Assembly: GCA_951406725.2 (NCBI GenBank)
Contig: OX597823.1
Coordinates: 40,424,001 to 40,488,000 of the forward strand
From: Octopus vulgaris
Taxonomy: Eukaryota
DNA: 64,000 nt
Direction: 5' to 3'
Numbering within the stretch: the first letter of the stretch is position 1; each line of letters starts with the position of its first letter. The notes under the pieces are model-generated. The model had not been told where the DNA came from, ran no database searches, and saw only the letters and a list, made by a program, of their open reading frames with translations. A program made the position numbers and the translations under genes. Positions 14,144 to 28,019 of the stretch are shown here, in pieces.

Positions 14144-14784
14144 AACATACAAACATACATACATACATACATACATACATACATACATACATGCATACAT
14201 ACATACATACATATATACAATCATAGATGCATACATGTGTACACTTATACATACACATATTTATATACATATATATACCCGTGTGCGTGTGGATGAGTGG
14301 GTGTGTGATGTACGTATACGTTAAACAGATGAACATTCATATACCTATATATTCACGCACAGGTGCACATACCCGAATGTAAATGTTTCCACACACACAC
14401 TTCTCATTCACATGTTTCTATGTATGTATACATGTGTGTGTAGGTGTGCATATATGTATTTAGTTATGTATGTATGTGTGCACACACACACACACACACA
14501 CATACACATATATATATATATACATACATATACATATATACCTATGTGTGTGTATGCGTATACATGCATGTGTGTGTGTGTATGTATATATATGAAAACG
14601 TGTATGTATGTGTGTGTATGTATGCATATATATATATATATATATGTATAAGCAAGCACACACATATGTAAGTAGAAAATGATGCACATCCTACGTTTGC
14701 ATACACGCTTATTCGCAAGTACCTTTGTCTGCTATACTAAATATATGGGTGTATGTTTGTATATGTGTTCACAACCACCCACTT

Positions 14785-14838
<54 letters not shown>

Positions 14839-15051
14839 ACACACACACACACACTCACACACACCGTCCACACACAGAGCAGAGAGACATTCTAGGTATT
14901 TTCTGTTGCAATGCACGCATGCATGACCGAATTCAGATTAGCAAAAAATGTTAAAAATATAAACAGATGACACATATAGACCAAAACAGGACTTCGTGTA
15001 GAATGTGTAGTTAGGAGCTGTGAAGATCAGGTTACATAAGAGATAGCTAGC

Positions 15052-15116
<65 letters not shown>

Positions 15117-15212
15117 TATGTGAGAGCAGCAAGTTACAGCAGGGGAATAAGGATGAAGCTTGCTGGATAACTCAGCTACCATTTAGATAGAAGCTATGCA
15201 CTCTGACACAGA

Positions 15213-15255
<43 letters not shown>

Positions 15256-16534
15256 CTAATCTATCAATCTATCTTTCCATCTATCTATGTGTGCGTATGT
15301 GTTCTTTTTTTAAGTATATATGTCGAAATATTTATATACATGTATATGTATTTCACATACACATGTATATATAAATAGATACAGTATATATAAATATATA
15401 CATACACTCACACAGATAGTCAGACCCACAAATACATACGCATAACATTTATATTGGCAAATATTACGCTAAAATTTAAACCCTAAGCATATCTTCTTCG
15501 CTCAACTCGAAATCAGAGTTCTTAATGAAATGACATTTTATTTCCACTCGTATAAACTTATGCACCTTCTCTGCTTCTCTCTCCATCCCTCTCTCTCTCT
15601 CACACACATTCTCTCTATCTCTTTCCCTCTCTCACACACTTATGTACATACAATGCACAGATCTACCACCTGGTTCTCTTTCGCTTTACTCGATATACAA
15701 GCTGAACTATACGCTTGTTAGTTTTCTCTTCAACTCAACCCCCGCTCAATATAAACCAACGCTATAATCCCACTTGAAGGCATACTTCTTGCAAGCGCAA
15801 CAACTATTTTGATGTTATTCCCGTTTCTGTCATCGAGTTCTAAAAGTTCTGTCTAATCATTGCATCTCTGTTTAATAAAACTACACGTCAGCCCCAACTG
15901 CACAATCCCTTCAGTGTGAAATTCATGCCAGCTCTCATTGGTAGCGCTTGACCTCTCACTGATATACGAACACTAGCTGAATTATATATACAATATTTTA
16001 AGGGACGTACGTCTTCATAATTCGCACAGGTCAGTTTAGTAATTATCCAGTCGTATCTGGGGATGTGCGCAAACAATACAGAAGCGCCATTTTAGATTAC
16101 CTTTGCAATATTATTAATCATTCAAATTCCAGAAGAGTCAGGATTGGTTCAAGGAACATATACAGGTTCTTACGACTTAAAAATTGCAGCTGCAAATTCC
16201 GGTTTCTATATAATCTAGTTTTGCTGTAGTCAAATTTCCTTAATCCGGATTGTTCTTTTATTGTAAACACATGCAACTACCATATTTTTGTAAGAACAGC
16301 AAACATTGCATGCCGTACTGCTCTTAGCTATTATCAAACACTTTAGCCTTTTCTGTTCAATAGTTACAGATGTTCCTCCTCTTTCTCTAAGCAATTTATA
16401 AAACAGCTTGGTAGATGCACAGGCACAGGCACACGCACACATATACACACACGGGTGCGCATGCGCACGCAACTTATACGAAGAAAGCAGTGTCATCACT
16501 GCAAATTTAAGCTTACTACTATCTTATGAAGTTT

Positions 16535-16665
16535 GAAGGTGCATGACCCACTGGTTAGGACGCTGGGCTCAGGATCATCAGGACAGCAGTTCGATTCTCA
16601 GACCGGGTGACTCTTCATTTCACATTGTCCTTGTACACCCAACTGAAAATAAGTGCCTGTAACAT
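16535..16665 (+). mobile_element. Degraded SINE family C head
   Basis: TGGTTAGG..GGCTCA-GATC..AGTTCGATTC aligns with the 47.4-47.7 kb copy; another degraded copy lies at about 25040-25190 (-). Confidence 0.5.
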
Positions 16666-17254
16666 TCGAGGTTAAACGCGAAACAGACAGGCGTTTCCTT
16701 CACAGAGTGTGTGGCGAAATTCTTCTGCTCTGAGACTAAACGCCTTCAATTTGGATAACCACCGACCTCATACGGCTAACAACTTTCCCATGCATGTGTA
16801 TATATATATATATATATGCGCGCGTGTGTATGTGTATGGGCGTACAGGAAGGTAATACCACAAGGCATACTACTTTTTCTGCTCCATCACCGTCAACGCC
16901 ACACCCACACACGCACGCACAAAACACACACACATACACACCTATAATGTTAAACCTAATATTATAGCGACATTAAAAATGTATAGAAAAACAAACATGT
17001 ATATGTAGAGAATAGAATTTAATCAGACATTCAGAGAGGAAGACGGGAAGAGAGATGTTCGGGTGTGACGTTTATAGATACACACTCACACACACTCATA
17101 CACATATACACACATGCACACACACGCACATACATATATATCATACAGTCTCACGTTAACATGTCGTCCGCTTTGTGTAACAATCATTTCATATGTCCAA
17201 AGTGTAGACTTGTCTATATAGCGTAGAGCGGGTTAAGTCTCAGAGGGAATATAG

Positions 17255-17717
17255 ACATCAGGTCAGGCCAGATGTGGGGGTATGCACCGTTGCAGCGAGT
17301 TGCTGCATTCACCATTTGTCAGTAAAATTCCGGGCCTTCCCGGACGAACCGTCGAGTAGAGTTACAGCCAGTCCCCATATTTTGTGAAATAATTCTTCGT
17401 CTACCGTGACTATGAGACATCTGGTCAACCGACGCGAGCCGTCAACACAGCCAGTTACTCAAGTGAAGAGAATATGCCAAGCGAGGTTTAACTCGGAACA
17501 TCGGGCAATATGTCCAGACAGTCTGAGCTGGTGCTCCTGAATCATACAAATAACGGGACACATCTCAGTTTGAGAGCTGAGTCATTGGTTGGATACGATA
17601 TCAGACCAATGGTAACACATAATCCTTTGAAGCGTCCTGGTACCGAAGGAATCTAAGTGGTTCTAATGTCTCCGGACAGAGTTCAAGTAACAAAACTATA
17701 GAGCAGGACGCAGAGAA
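17255..17717 (-). mobile_element. Degraded RTE-clade LINE 3' end
   Basis: Minus-strand translation VLLY..TL..LDSFGTRTLQRI..HWSDIVSN..QLRLSGHIAR; ends in a GGCCTGACCTGA short-repeat tail. Confidence 0.75.
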
Positions 17718-17901
17718 CTAGAGACCGAACCCGCCCCCCACCAAAAAAAACAAAACAAAACAAATGATGCTCATACGTAGAAATCGACGGGGGAACACAT
17801 TATCATAACACAAAGGTAGATTGTCGGTTACAATGTGTATGTATGCATGTATGAAGAAACTAAGAGTGTATGTATGTATGTACGTATGTATATGTGTGTA
17901 T

Positions 17902-17957
<56 letters not shown>

Positions 17958-18329
17958 GCATATATGTGTACATGAAGATAGATAAAAGCAGTTAAAGAGG
18001 AAGAAATAACATAAGGAGAATGAGAGGGAGAAAAGAATGAATGTTATGGGTAATTTAAACCTGAAGAACAGATGTTTGTTACGAAAAACAGGCTTTTCTA
18101 GCTTACATATTTTCTTGCCATCGCATCTCCCTTCCCCTCCGCTTCTTCGCCTCTCCTCCGCCGGCCTTCTGTTTTTATGTTCCTTCTTCTTGTCCTGCTT
18201 CTATGTGCAAGGGCAGGTTAGTATGATTACAGCACAGAAGTAGGATTAGAACTTAGAAATTAAGTTAACTCTGAAATAACTGATATGTGGCTGCTATTCC
18301 TTATAAAGATCTTTGAGCAAATCGAACCC

Positions 18330-18730
18330 ATTTGTTATAAATGAGACATTATGTATCGATTGACTCAACTCCAGTAGATTACTGGTACTTAATGTATCGA
18401 ATCTGTAGAGAAGGAATGCATAAATCAACCTCGACAGAATATGCCAATTACATCGACCCCAGCATTCAGTTGCTATTTATTTTATCGACTTCTAAAGTAT
18501 GAAAGACGAAGTTGACCTCAGCGGAATTTGAACTCAAAACGTGAAGTATTTTGCCCGACGTGGTATTAAGTTTGTCTTTACGTTCTGAGTTCAAATTTCT
18601 CCGATATCGACTTTACCTTTCATCCCTCGGGATTGATAAAATAAGTACCAGTTGAGCAGTTGGGTCTATGTAATAGACTTACCCTTCCCCCGAAATTGTT
18701 GGCTGGTTGGTTCGTTTCCAACCAGGCTTT
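18330..18730. mobile_element. Cluster of degraded SINE A fragments in opposite orientations
   Basis: GTTGACCTCAGCGGAATTTGAACTC (-) followed by GTTCTGAGTTCAAATT..GATAAAATAAGTACCAG (+). Confidence 0.7.
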
Positions 18731-19581
18731 AACTCATATAAAAAGAAGGGAGAGAGAGAAAGGGATAAAGGGATCAAAAGAAAGCTACAAAGAGAGAAGG
18801 GGGGCAGATAGGAGGAGAGAGGGTGAAAAGAGAGAAAGAGGGAAGAAATGAGCGAGTGAGTTAACATTGAGTGGTGAGGATGAGTGTCATAACTTTGTGA
18901 AAACTACACATTTTTTAATTGAAATTTTGCAGAAATTTGTTTTCGATGGAATAGATTGCGATTATGTTGATAAAATTTATAAAAATAAAAACAAATATTT
19001 ACTACAAATACACAAATGAGAAATTAATTTTATATTAAAGTAATAAATCTTTTTTCTTTTGAAAATTATTCATGTCACTATTTTGCTTTTTGTATAAGCA
19101 TCAAGGAATTTGATAAAAAGTTAGATTATAATTATTGTATGTATACCATATTTTCTGACTTTCTGATATTATCCATGGTAACAAAAGTATAATTCTGAAG
19201 TTACCCGTCATAGGATGCGTAATCCTCTAAAAGTTAATATAAAATTGTTGTATTATGCTACATGTCTTGATATTACTCATTGCTGGCAAAAATATTCTTC
19301 AAAAGTTACTCGTCGTGACACGCAACACTCCAGTAAATTTATAATCGCTAATTTCAAATAAGTTTAATTCTTGCCTCAAAAGAGGTTTTCATTGAAAATA
19401 ATTCAGTTTACTTTGTCATACTGAAGGCAAATATCAAGTTAATAACAGTTGGAACAAGAGGCTTTGTTTCAATGGAGCATAACGACACTTGTCAGACAGA
19501 ATGTTCATATTGACTGTTATTGGAGAAGTGAAAACACGATGCAGATACGTCAGTGAGATCTTAGTCTTCTCATATATAGGA

Positions 19582-19626
<45 letters not shown>

Positions 19627-19643
19627 CATATTTATATGCATGC

Positions 19644-19704
<61 letters not shown>

Positions 19705-19858
19705 CATATATACATATACATATATATATACATATACACATATATAGAAATTCGGGGTGAGTACTTGATAATTATAAGCACCTGTGTATACCGTTTGGTG
19801 GTGTAGGTGGTGGAGTAAATTGATCAAAATAAAATAAAAACATGATGCGAAGGATTCA

Positions 19859-19936
19859 GCGGTACATATGTTTCGGGCCTTTATTAGACAGATTTATAAC
19901 AAAGCATAATATATGTCTGTGGCCTTCTTCAGCCGC
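19859..19936 (-). ncRNA. Type I hammerhead ribozyme
   Basis: Minus strand: GCGG-CTGAAGA-a-GGCC..GGCC-c-GAAA-CATATG-TA^CCGC; full core, stems I and II, palindromic stem III. Confidence 0.8.
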
Positions 19937-21655
19937 GCACAACAGCTTCCACAAGGACATGTGTTACATCAAAAATTCTTGGTTGGGGATGCAAATCCTC
20001 TCGTTCACGTACGACATAATGCGGCAGCGGCATAGAATTGAAGCGTCCATCTCTTTCTTCTCTCAATGTAGAATGAGGAAAATTGGATGTTGAGGTAATG
20101 TAAATAAATAAATACATATATAGAGGTGAAGATGGAGGGGCGAGAGTTCGGGACGAGGGATAAAAAATATATATAAAAAGTGTAAGTATAGAATAATATA
20201 AAAATGTAGAGGATAAAGATATAAAGAGTTGTAAGGAGATGTAAAGGGGTATAAAGAAATATAAAGAAATATAAATAAATGTAAAGGCATAAGGTTATAA
20301 AGTAAAAATAGAAATAGAAATAAAAGTAAAAAAAGTAAAAGAACATGATAAAAACATGATAAAAGTGTAAAAGAATGTAAAGATAAGGGATGTATAGAGG
20401 TTACGGACCAAGCATGGTGGTCAGGAGATTGATAAAATTTAGTTGTAGAACTGTCAGTAAATCAACAGTTTTGTCTGGGGACTTAATGCGTTGTAAATCA
20501 GAGCTGATGAGCATTTAATCTGGTTCCTTGAATTAAATGGACTTCTAGTACATACATGTCATCATGGATACATACACCCACATACACGCGTACATATACG
20601 TCTCCAAGCCTATAAGCATACACACGCACTCGCGTGTAAACACGTACATAAAAACACACGCACTCACACGCACGCGCGTACACACACATACATACAACAG
20701 AATATCCGCATATATACACGGACATTACGCGCGTACACGCTCACATGTATATACGCGCGCCCATCACTACATACACACACGTATATGCCCACGCCTCTAG
20801 GTCTAGGTATAAGATATTAAAGGATGTGTATAAGAACGTATGTAAAGAATCCCGTACTCATGTTAATACGCGCACGCACACACGGCTGTGTGTCCGTATG
20901 TGCGTGCACATATACACTCATATACACACGCAGAGACACACGCGCACATGGGTATAGCTATAAGCTATCGAAGTACATATATGCGCGTGCATATGTATGT
21001 ATGCGTATACACACGTACGCGGACGCTCGTATATTCAAAAGGTGGATCCATAGGTAAGTAAATAAACATATATAGAGGTGTAAAGCGATAAGTTAGGGGT
21101 AAGAATGAGGGTAAGGGTAAAGATTAGAAATAAAAAATACAGTATAAAATAAGAAATACAATGTAATAGTTAGAAATGAAATATAAGAATTATAAAAATT
21201 ATAAGAGTTAAGGTAAGGGATGAAAATGAAAATGAGAATAAATGGAAGTAGAATAAAAGCAAAAATAAAATTAAAAATAAAAATAAATGGAAGTAGGATA
21301 AAAGTAAAAATAAAAGTAAAAATAAAAATAAAAATAAAATAAAATAAGATAAAAATATAATTTTGTAAAGTTTAACATGAGATGAAGGTGGTTGAAAGCT
21401 AGAGGTGTGTGTTAAACGTAGGGGCGGGCGGGGGAACTGAAAATTGGAAGGGTGGGAAGTGGAGTTTGGCGGTGTGCGTTCAACATCTGAGTTAGAAATG
21501 TGAAAGGGTATAGATATAGGGAATTAAAGAGACTACATAGGGAGGATATGGGTGTAGGAGAAGAAATATTTAGGGAAAAGAAGCCATATATGGGAGACAA
21601 AATTTGTATATATAGGGGGAAAATGCAGGGAACCGTATATGCACATACACACACC

Positions 21656-21700
<45 letters not shown>

Positions 21701-21853
21701 ATATATATATATGTATATGTACACATACGTACACGTATGTGCACATACATACGCACACACACATACACACGCACATATAGGAAAGCGGGATGTGCTGGAG
21801 CCGACAGGTTGCACCGGGTGGGAGGAAATTGCATGGGGGAGTTGGTATAAGAC

Positions 21854-22262
21854 CTAAGCATTGTAGTATTTGAAAGTATTAATAAGTTTATGTATACAGG
21901 ATGGTTTGAACTCTGACCTTTTGTTAATAAGATTGTGTTTGTCTTTGAATTTCAAGATGTTCAGGAGTTCTACACAGCATAGTTGGCATCCTGCTCTATT
22001 ATTTAAATAAGGTGCAGCTGATCCGATGATGGACCATCTGAGTTTGAAGCCTATGCATTTGTCTTTTAATTCCCAAATTCTTTTAGAGAGGGAGGTGCTG
22101 TTAGCCTTATGTCTATGTCTCAGCGAGGACCGGTGGTTGTAGTATCTGGATTTCCAGGAGGTTGAGCAACCAATATAGGTGAGTGTGTTAAACTGAGTAC
22201 TCACCTCACATGAGTATATTACGTTTTTCGCCCTACATGCGCCCTGCAGCGGGCACTCTGCA
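21854..22262 (-). CDS. Penelope-like (Naiad-type) GIY-YIG endonuclease domain, C-terminal fragment
   Basis: CPLQGAC..VIY..YIG..KSRY.NH..STSLS..W.LK..CQLC..E..INKRSE..CIH; open to its stop codon. Confidence 0.85.
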
Positions 22263-22301
22263 GAATCATACTGCATACGCTATATATATATATATATATA
22301 T

Positions 22302-22382
<81 letters not shown>

Positions 22383-22501
22383 TATATATACATATATATG
22401 CACATATACCTATACACACACACATATATATATACATATATATACATATATATACATATTGCTAAACTGGCAATATGACCATTCCGAAATATAACAATAT
22501 A

Positions 22502-22577
<76 letters not shown>

Positions 22578-22681
22578 CATACATATATATATATACATAT
22601 ATATATACATATACATACACACACACACACACACACACACAGAGACACACATATATATATACGTATATATATATATGTATA

Positions 22682-22722
22682 CCTTGCGCAAAGATGACAC
22701 GCAGATTCGTTCTATATATTTT
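22682..22722 (+). pseudogene. U6 snRNA 3' fragment
   Basis: CCTTGCGCAAAGATGACACGCAGATTCGT..TATATTTT versus U6 CCCTGCGCAAGGATGACACGCAAATTCGT..CATATTTTT. Confidence 0.7.
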
Positions 22723-22870
22723 CTGCGTAGGTGAGCTCAGCAAACCAACATGCTTAGCGCGGAAGAATCAGTAGTGAGAACAGTTGAAAATAACAAACAA
22801 TACCGTTGAGTATAACTAAAATACAAGAACTTTAATTAAGAGGCCAATAACATTTATGGAATAAACAAAC

Positions 22871-22915
22871 AGTTCCGTAGAGAGTTCTTTCATTTATCTC
22901 TGAAATGTGTAGACT
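22871..22915 (+). ncRNA. Degenerate hammerhead-like motif
   Basis: AGTT-CCGTAGA-GAG..CTC-t-GAAA-TGTG-TA-GACT; core mutated, TGTG is consistent with CpG-decayed CGCG. Confidence 0.4.
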
Positions 22916-23750
22916 TCTTTTGGTGAGCTCTTCTTTTATTCACCAGTCTAATGATTTATTTTCTATCTTTCTTTCATTTATTTTTTATTTTTTCCGACTG
23001 GATTCTTTTTACTTCCGAATTCACGGTACCATTCCGCTTACTTTACGTTGCCAAGTTCACACTATTTTCGCAGTCAGTTCAAAACCGGCCACTGTTTCCA
23101 TTAACCTCCGAAACCAACTTCACGTTCTATACCAAATCCTGTGTCAACTGTTCCATACGAAATTACCCGGCACCATCGCTCACATCGACTACCTCACATC
23201 GCCCGCATGGCATCGACTACTACACAACACCGTTCAAATCGGCTTCCAGCACATCACACATCAACGTCGCACATCGCCTTTGAGTCCCAACTAACTCGCC
23301 ACGTGGGAAATAGTAGTTTTCATACTTCGTCCACATTGTAAAAGCGTGCCAGAATCATACTGCATACGCTTTAAACAGTCACGTGATGACAAAGAATAAT
23401 AATAATAATTTTTGTTTTTCATATTCACTTGCAAAAGCAGAGAGCGGTGTTTTAATTCGAGTCGTACGAATGGGAAATCATCTGGATATTAATTCTTTTA
23501 TTCGTAACAATATATATATATATTTCTGAGATGTGTTGGCCTACAAGTGATTTCATCCGAGACAGTGTCTTGAAACAAAAGAAATTAAAGCGTGGGTGAT
23601 ACATATTAGCGATTCATAAAAACTTGTTAACTTTACCTAAACATTACTTTACTTAAAATAAAATTGTCAACGTTACTTAAACATTTATTATGTGGTTTCA
23701 ACATAACAGCAGCAAGAGGGGTGGCAGTAGCAGTAGTAATAGTAGTAATC

Positions 23751-23800
<50 letters not shown>

Positions 23801-23898
23801 GTGATACAGTAAACTTAGTACATGTATGTGTGACTATGTGAGTGCGCGCGTGTATATGCATGTATCCTCCAGTCTCCCTACCTATTTATCTATCTTTT

Positions 23899-23970
<72 letters not shown>

Positions 23971-25314
23971 AGAGAGAGGTGGTATAGAAACTAATATAAT
24001 GAATCTTCCAGAAAAAGTGTTCATTATTGAAGTATGATTCACAACTTTATCGAGATTCATCGCCATGGAGAGACACTTTCACATTGAGTATCAGCTGCGA
24101 AACAATCCCATGAAGATCAAGGGTACCATTCCACACCCCTTCACTAACAGACTTTAAAAGAAGCTAAAGAGAAACTGCATTTATTTGCATGACCAATTGC
24201 TATATTTAGTAAAGGATGCCTGGATGCTACAACATCCACATTTAGCCATGATAATATCAATTCTATATTTAGAAAAGTGGATAGTAGAAACTATAGACTG
24301 CTAGACGGCTGAATTTATTCTTCCGGGATCGATAAAATACGTATTAGGATCGATCAAATCAATTGCATCACTTCTGTTAAAATACGAGGAGTTGTGCCAA
24401 TGTTAGGCGTCAATATTACTTCCATATTATCAAAATCTATAGGCTCAGCCTTATTGTATTCAATGTCGGTTTCTTTTTTTATTTTACATTCAGTATATGT
24501 CCAAGTATTATCTCTTCTATAGAAGTCAAGTTTGGAATCCACGTGGCGATCTTAACCATATCCTCTGTTCATCCTGTCTTCTATATTCAGTATCCACTGA
24601 AGGATGAACACTTCTTAATGCCTTTAATACAGTTTGTATCAACTCTTCTGCTTATTGCCTCTGTTCCGATGTCATAAACTCAGACATTCTCTTCTAGAAG
24701 TCATTAGTTCTTGATTCTGCAATACTTTACAAAGCCAATCATATCCCACTGAGAGAAGGGAAGAAGGAAGGAAGGAAGGAAAGAAGGAAGAGAGGGCGCA
24801 TAAATTTCAACTAAACGCCATTTTCAATTGGCCTGCTACGAGCAGAGCTCGAATGACTGACCTTGCCGTGACTCAAATATAAGTGCGACATGGTAGCTTG
24901 TACCACCCTTTTATTAATTGTTTTAGGATCCCGTATATGTAATTTCAAGCGGACGTAGACACTCTCTCGACACTCCCGTCCTGGACTCAGTGGAACACTG
25001 AGTATGCTACTGCTAGTAGAAGAAAGAGCTGCGCCAGTACCTAAGGCTGGTGTTCATTTCCATCTAAGTAAACTACAGCAACAAGAAATAATGTGCACTG
25101 CTAAAGGTAACAAAACATCGCCCAGTTTAGAAATTGAACCTACGATCTTATGGTTGTGAGCTTAATATTCTAATTACCAGGCCACGCAACTTTATTCATT
25201 TCTCTTCTATAAAGCTGTGATCACTTTTAGAATTTGTGTAACAACCCTAACTAACTGTATTCCATGTTGATCCTTTATATCTAAAACACAACTCAAATTT
25301 TTTTTATCGGGCAG

Positions 25315-26575
25315 GGTGGAAAGAAAATCGTTAGCACGGCGGGCATTTTGTCCACTTTTGCAGCATTTCATCCTCTTTTGCGTTCTGAGCTCAAATTCCT
25401 CCGAGGTCACTTTTCCTTTCATTCTTTCGGGGGCTATAAAATGAATGCCAGTTCGAGCACTGGATGTATTCGACGTAGCCCATCACCCGAAATTGTTAGC
25501 CTTGGCCCAAAATTTGGAATCAATATTTTTTTTCTTTCATTAAGTTATGTCCAGTATTAGAAATTACACAGCAACTCTAACTATATTTCGTATTGGTCAT
25601 CCACATTTATTATAAATTTATTACATATTCATTCTATAAATAAGCATTGTCTCTACTCTACAGCTGAATTCAATTTTAGAATCATAAAGCAGGCAAAATG
25701 TCTGCTTCACTATTTTAAAACTGCCAATGAAAAGCTAGGTCTGCCATGATCCCTTGTACTTTCAAAGCCGAAGCTTAACATGGTTTTCATGTATAAGTAA
25801 CCGACGTCACAGTATTCCTTCTGAACGAGATGCCGGTCCGTTGTAGGCTCAACTTTCAAACGATTTATTTGTAAATAGACGTAACATCAGGCCAGAGTAA
25901 TTTAGTTGCGGATACTTATCTCATGTAGATGATTAGGTGCAACAGTTCTACTCTATTATAAGCAAATATTATAACCTTTGTTTTCGCTATAAGTTTTATT
26001 ATAACTTTGTTGAGACGTTTCGAAATCTGTCATTATTTTTGTTGTTGTCGTTGTTATTGTTACTGTCGTTGTTATTGTCGTTGTTATTGATTGTATATAA
26101 TGCAGCGAGATGGCAGAATCATTAACGGATGGACAAAATGATTAGCGGTGTTTCTTCCAGTTTTGCGTTGTGGGTTCAGATTCCTCCTAGCTCGACTTTG
26201 TCTTTCATCCTTCCGTGGTCGATAAAATAAGTACCAGCTGAGCACTGGAGTCGATGTAATTGACTAGCCTCCTTCTTTCACCCCTAAATGTTTAGTCTTG
26301 CGCTTATGATAGAAACAATTATTCTAAATGTGACCAACAAGCAGTTGCTCATAATATCGGTTTTAAATTTTGGCACAAGGGGAGCATCTTCGAGTGAAGG
26401 TGGGTAAGCCTATTACATCAATCCCAGTGCTCAAATGCTACTTATTTTATCGACCCCGAAAGGATGAAAGGCATAGCGGACTTCGGCGGAATTTGAACTC
26501 AGAACGTAAAGACGGACGAAATGCCGCCAAGCATTTTCCCCGGTATGCTAACGATTCTGTCAGCTTTCCGGCTTT
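25315..26575. mobile_element. Three SINE A copies: about 25315-25525 (+), 26100-26320 (+), 26365-26575 (-)
   Basis: Shared SINE A head and central domain. Confidence 0.75.
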
Positions 26576-26591
26576 CAGTTTTATCATAATA

Positions 26592-26984
26592 CTAGCAATA
26601 TCATCGGGCGTTGCTCGGGTTTGTTTCGACCCTTTAGAATTGGAATTTTTGAAAAGTAAAAGTTTTGCATTATGTAGCTTGTTATTCTCTTTAAGTGAAT
26701 ATTTTTCTGGTTGAAATACACCGAAAAATGGCGACACAGCTGTAAAAAAAATCGTAAAGAATAGGGGTTTTCATAGAAAAAAAGCACCTTTTTGATGTAT
26801 ATGATTTTTGGTGTTAACATGGTCCGATTTGAATTTTTTCTTCTACGGAAGGAAGAGCAAACCTTCTTCTATCATACTGTCAATTTTGGTTAAGTTGCGC
26901 CGCAGGGTCTCGAAGGAGATAGTGTTAGTTGAAGGCTACCAGACCTGCCATACACAGACAACTTCAGCGTTATATATAGAGAGA
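26592..26984 (-). mobile_element. Non-autonomous Helitron
   Basis: Minus strand begins TCTCTCTATATATAA and ends with hairpin CCCGAGCAACGCCCGA followed by CTAG; sits between host A and T with no TSD. Confidence 0.8.
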
Positions 26985-27172
26985 TCATGTTAAAATTTGT
27001 TTCTAGACTTTAATATAGAAATAAGAGACAGAGACTGAGAAATTGTCTAGAAACAGCTATCGCTTTCTACTACACACCTTGTCTGCAGTGCCCATGAAAA
27101 CGTTCACACCCACTAGTAAGCGTTGCAACTAATCTGAGCTTGTATGATAAACTCATCACAAAATATCGTATA

Positions 27173-27404
27173 TATTTCTTTACTACCCACAAGGGGCTAA
27201 ACACAGAGGAGACAAACAAGGCCAGACAAACGGATTAAGTCGATTACATCAACCCCAGTGCGTAACTGGTACTTAATTTATCGACCCCGGAAGGATGAAA
27301 GGCAAAGTCGACCTCGGCGGAATTTGAACTCGGAACGTAACGGCAGACGAAATACGGCAACGCATTTCGCCCGGCGTGCTAACGTTTTTGCCAGCTCGCC
27401 GCCT
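27173..27404 (-). mobile_element. Full-length monomeric SINE A
   Basis: Complete head to GTAAAGAAAT tail; degenerate TSD ATCAC..ATATCGTATA on both sides. Confidence 0.9.
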
Positions 27405-28019
27405 TAATCACTATATATCGTATACTAATCTCCTGATCAGTCTCTACGACAATGTACAAAATACACGGCTTCTTGAAAACGTACAATGTAATGCTTGAAA
27501 GAATCCTGATTTACTATATAATATGGTTAGAGTATTATACATACATGCATACATATATACATACATGAATATATAAACATATATTTCTATACTCTGATAC
27601 AAACGTATTTACATACATACATAATAATACATACATACATACATACATACATACATACATACATGAATATATAAACGCATATTTCTATACTCTGATAGAA
27701 ACGTATTTACATACATACATACATACCTACATACATACATATATACATACATACATACATACATACATACATACATACATACATACATACATACATGCAT
27801 GCATGCGTGCATATATACATACAAACATACATACATACATACATAAATACATAATACATACATACATGCATGCATGCATACACACACAGACATATACATA
27901 CATACATACATACATACATACATACATACATACATACATACATACATGCATACATACATACATACATGCATACACACATATATCGGAGTAAATGCGCTAA
28001 GCAGTGTTTACGTATAATC

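Larger units (their letters stand above)
19750..22262 (-). mobile_element. 5'-truncated Penelope-like element: GIY-YIG endonuclease, long low-complexity 3' region and hammerhead
   Basis: GIY-YIG ORF at 21854-22262 and a same-strand hammerhead at 19859-19936; (TA)n on both sides. Continuity across the 2-kb spacer is inferred. Confidence 0.7.

Noticed and set aside
20500-20545. CTGATGA followed by a CATTTAAT/ATTAAATG hairpin
   Set aside because: No GAAA or stem III follows
24000-24750. Possible coding remnant on the minus strand; similar blocks at 32300-33050 and 45050-45560
   Set aside because: Only short frames and no motif I can assign
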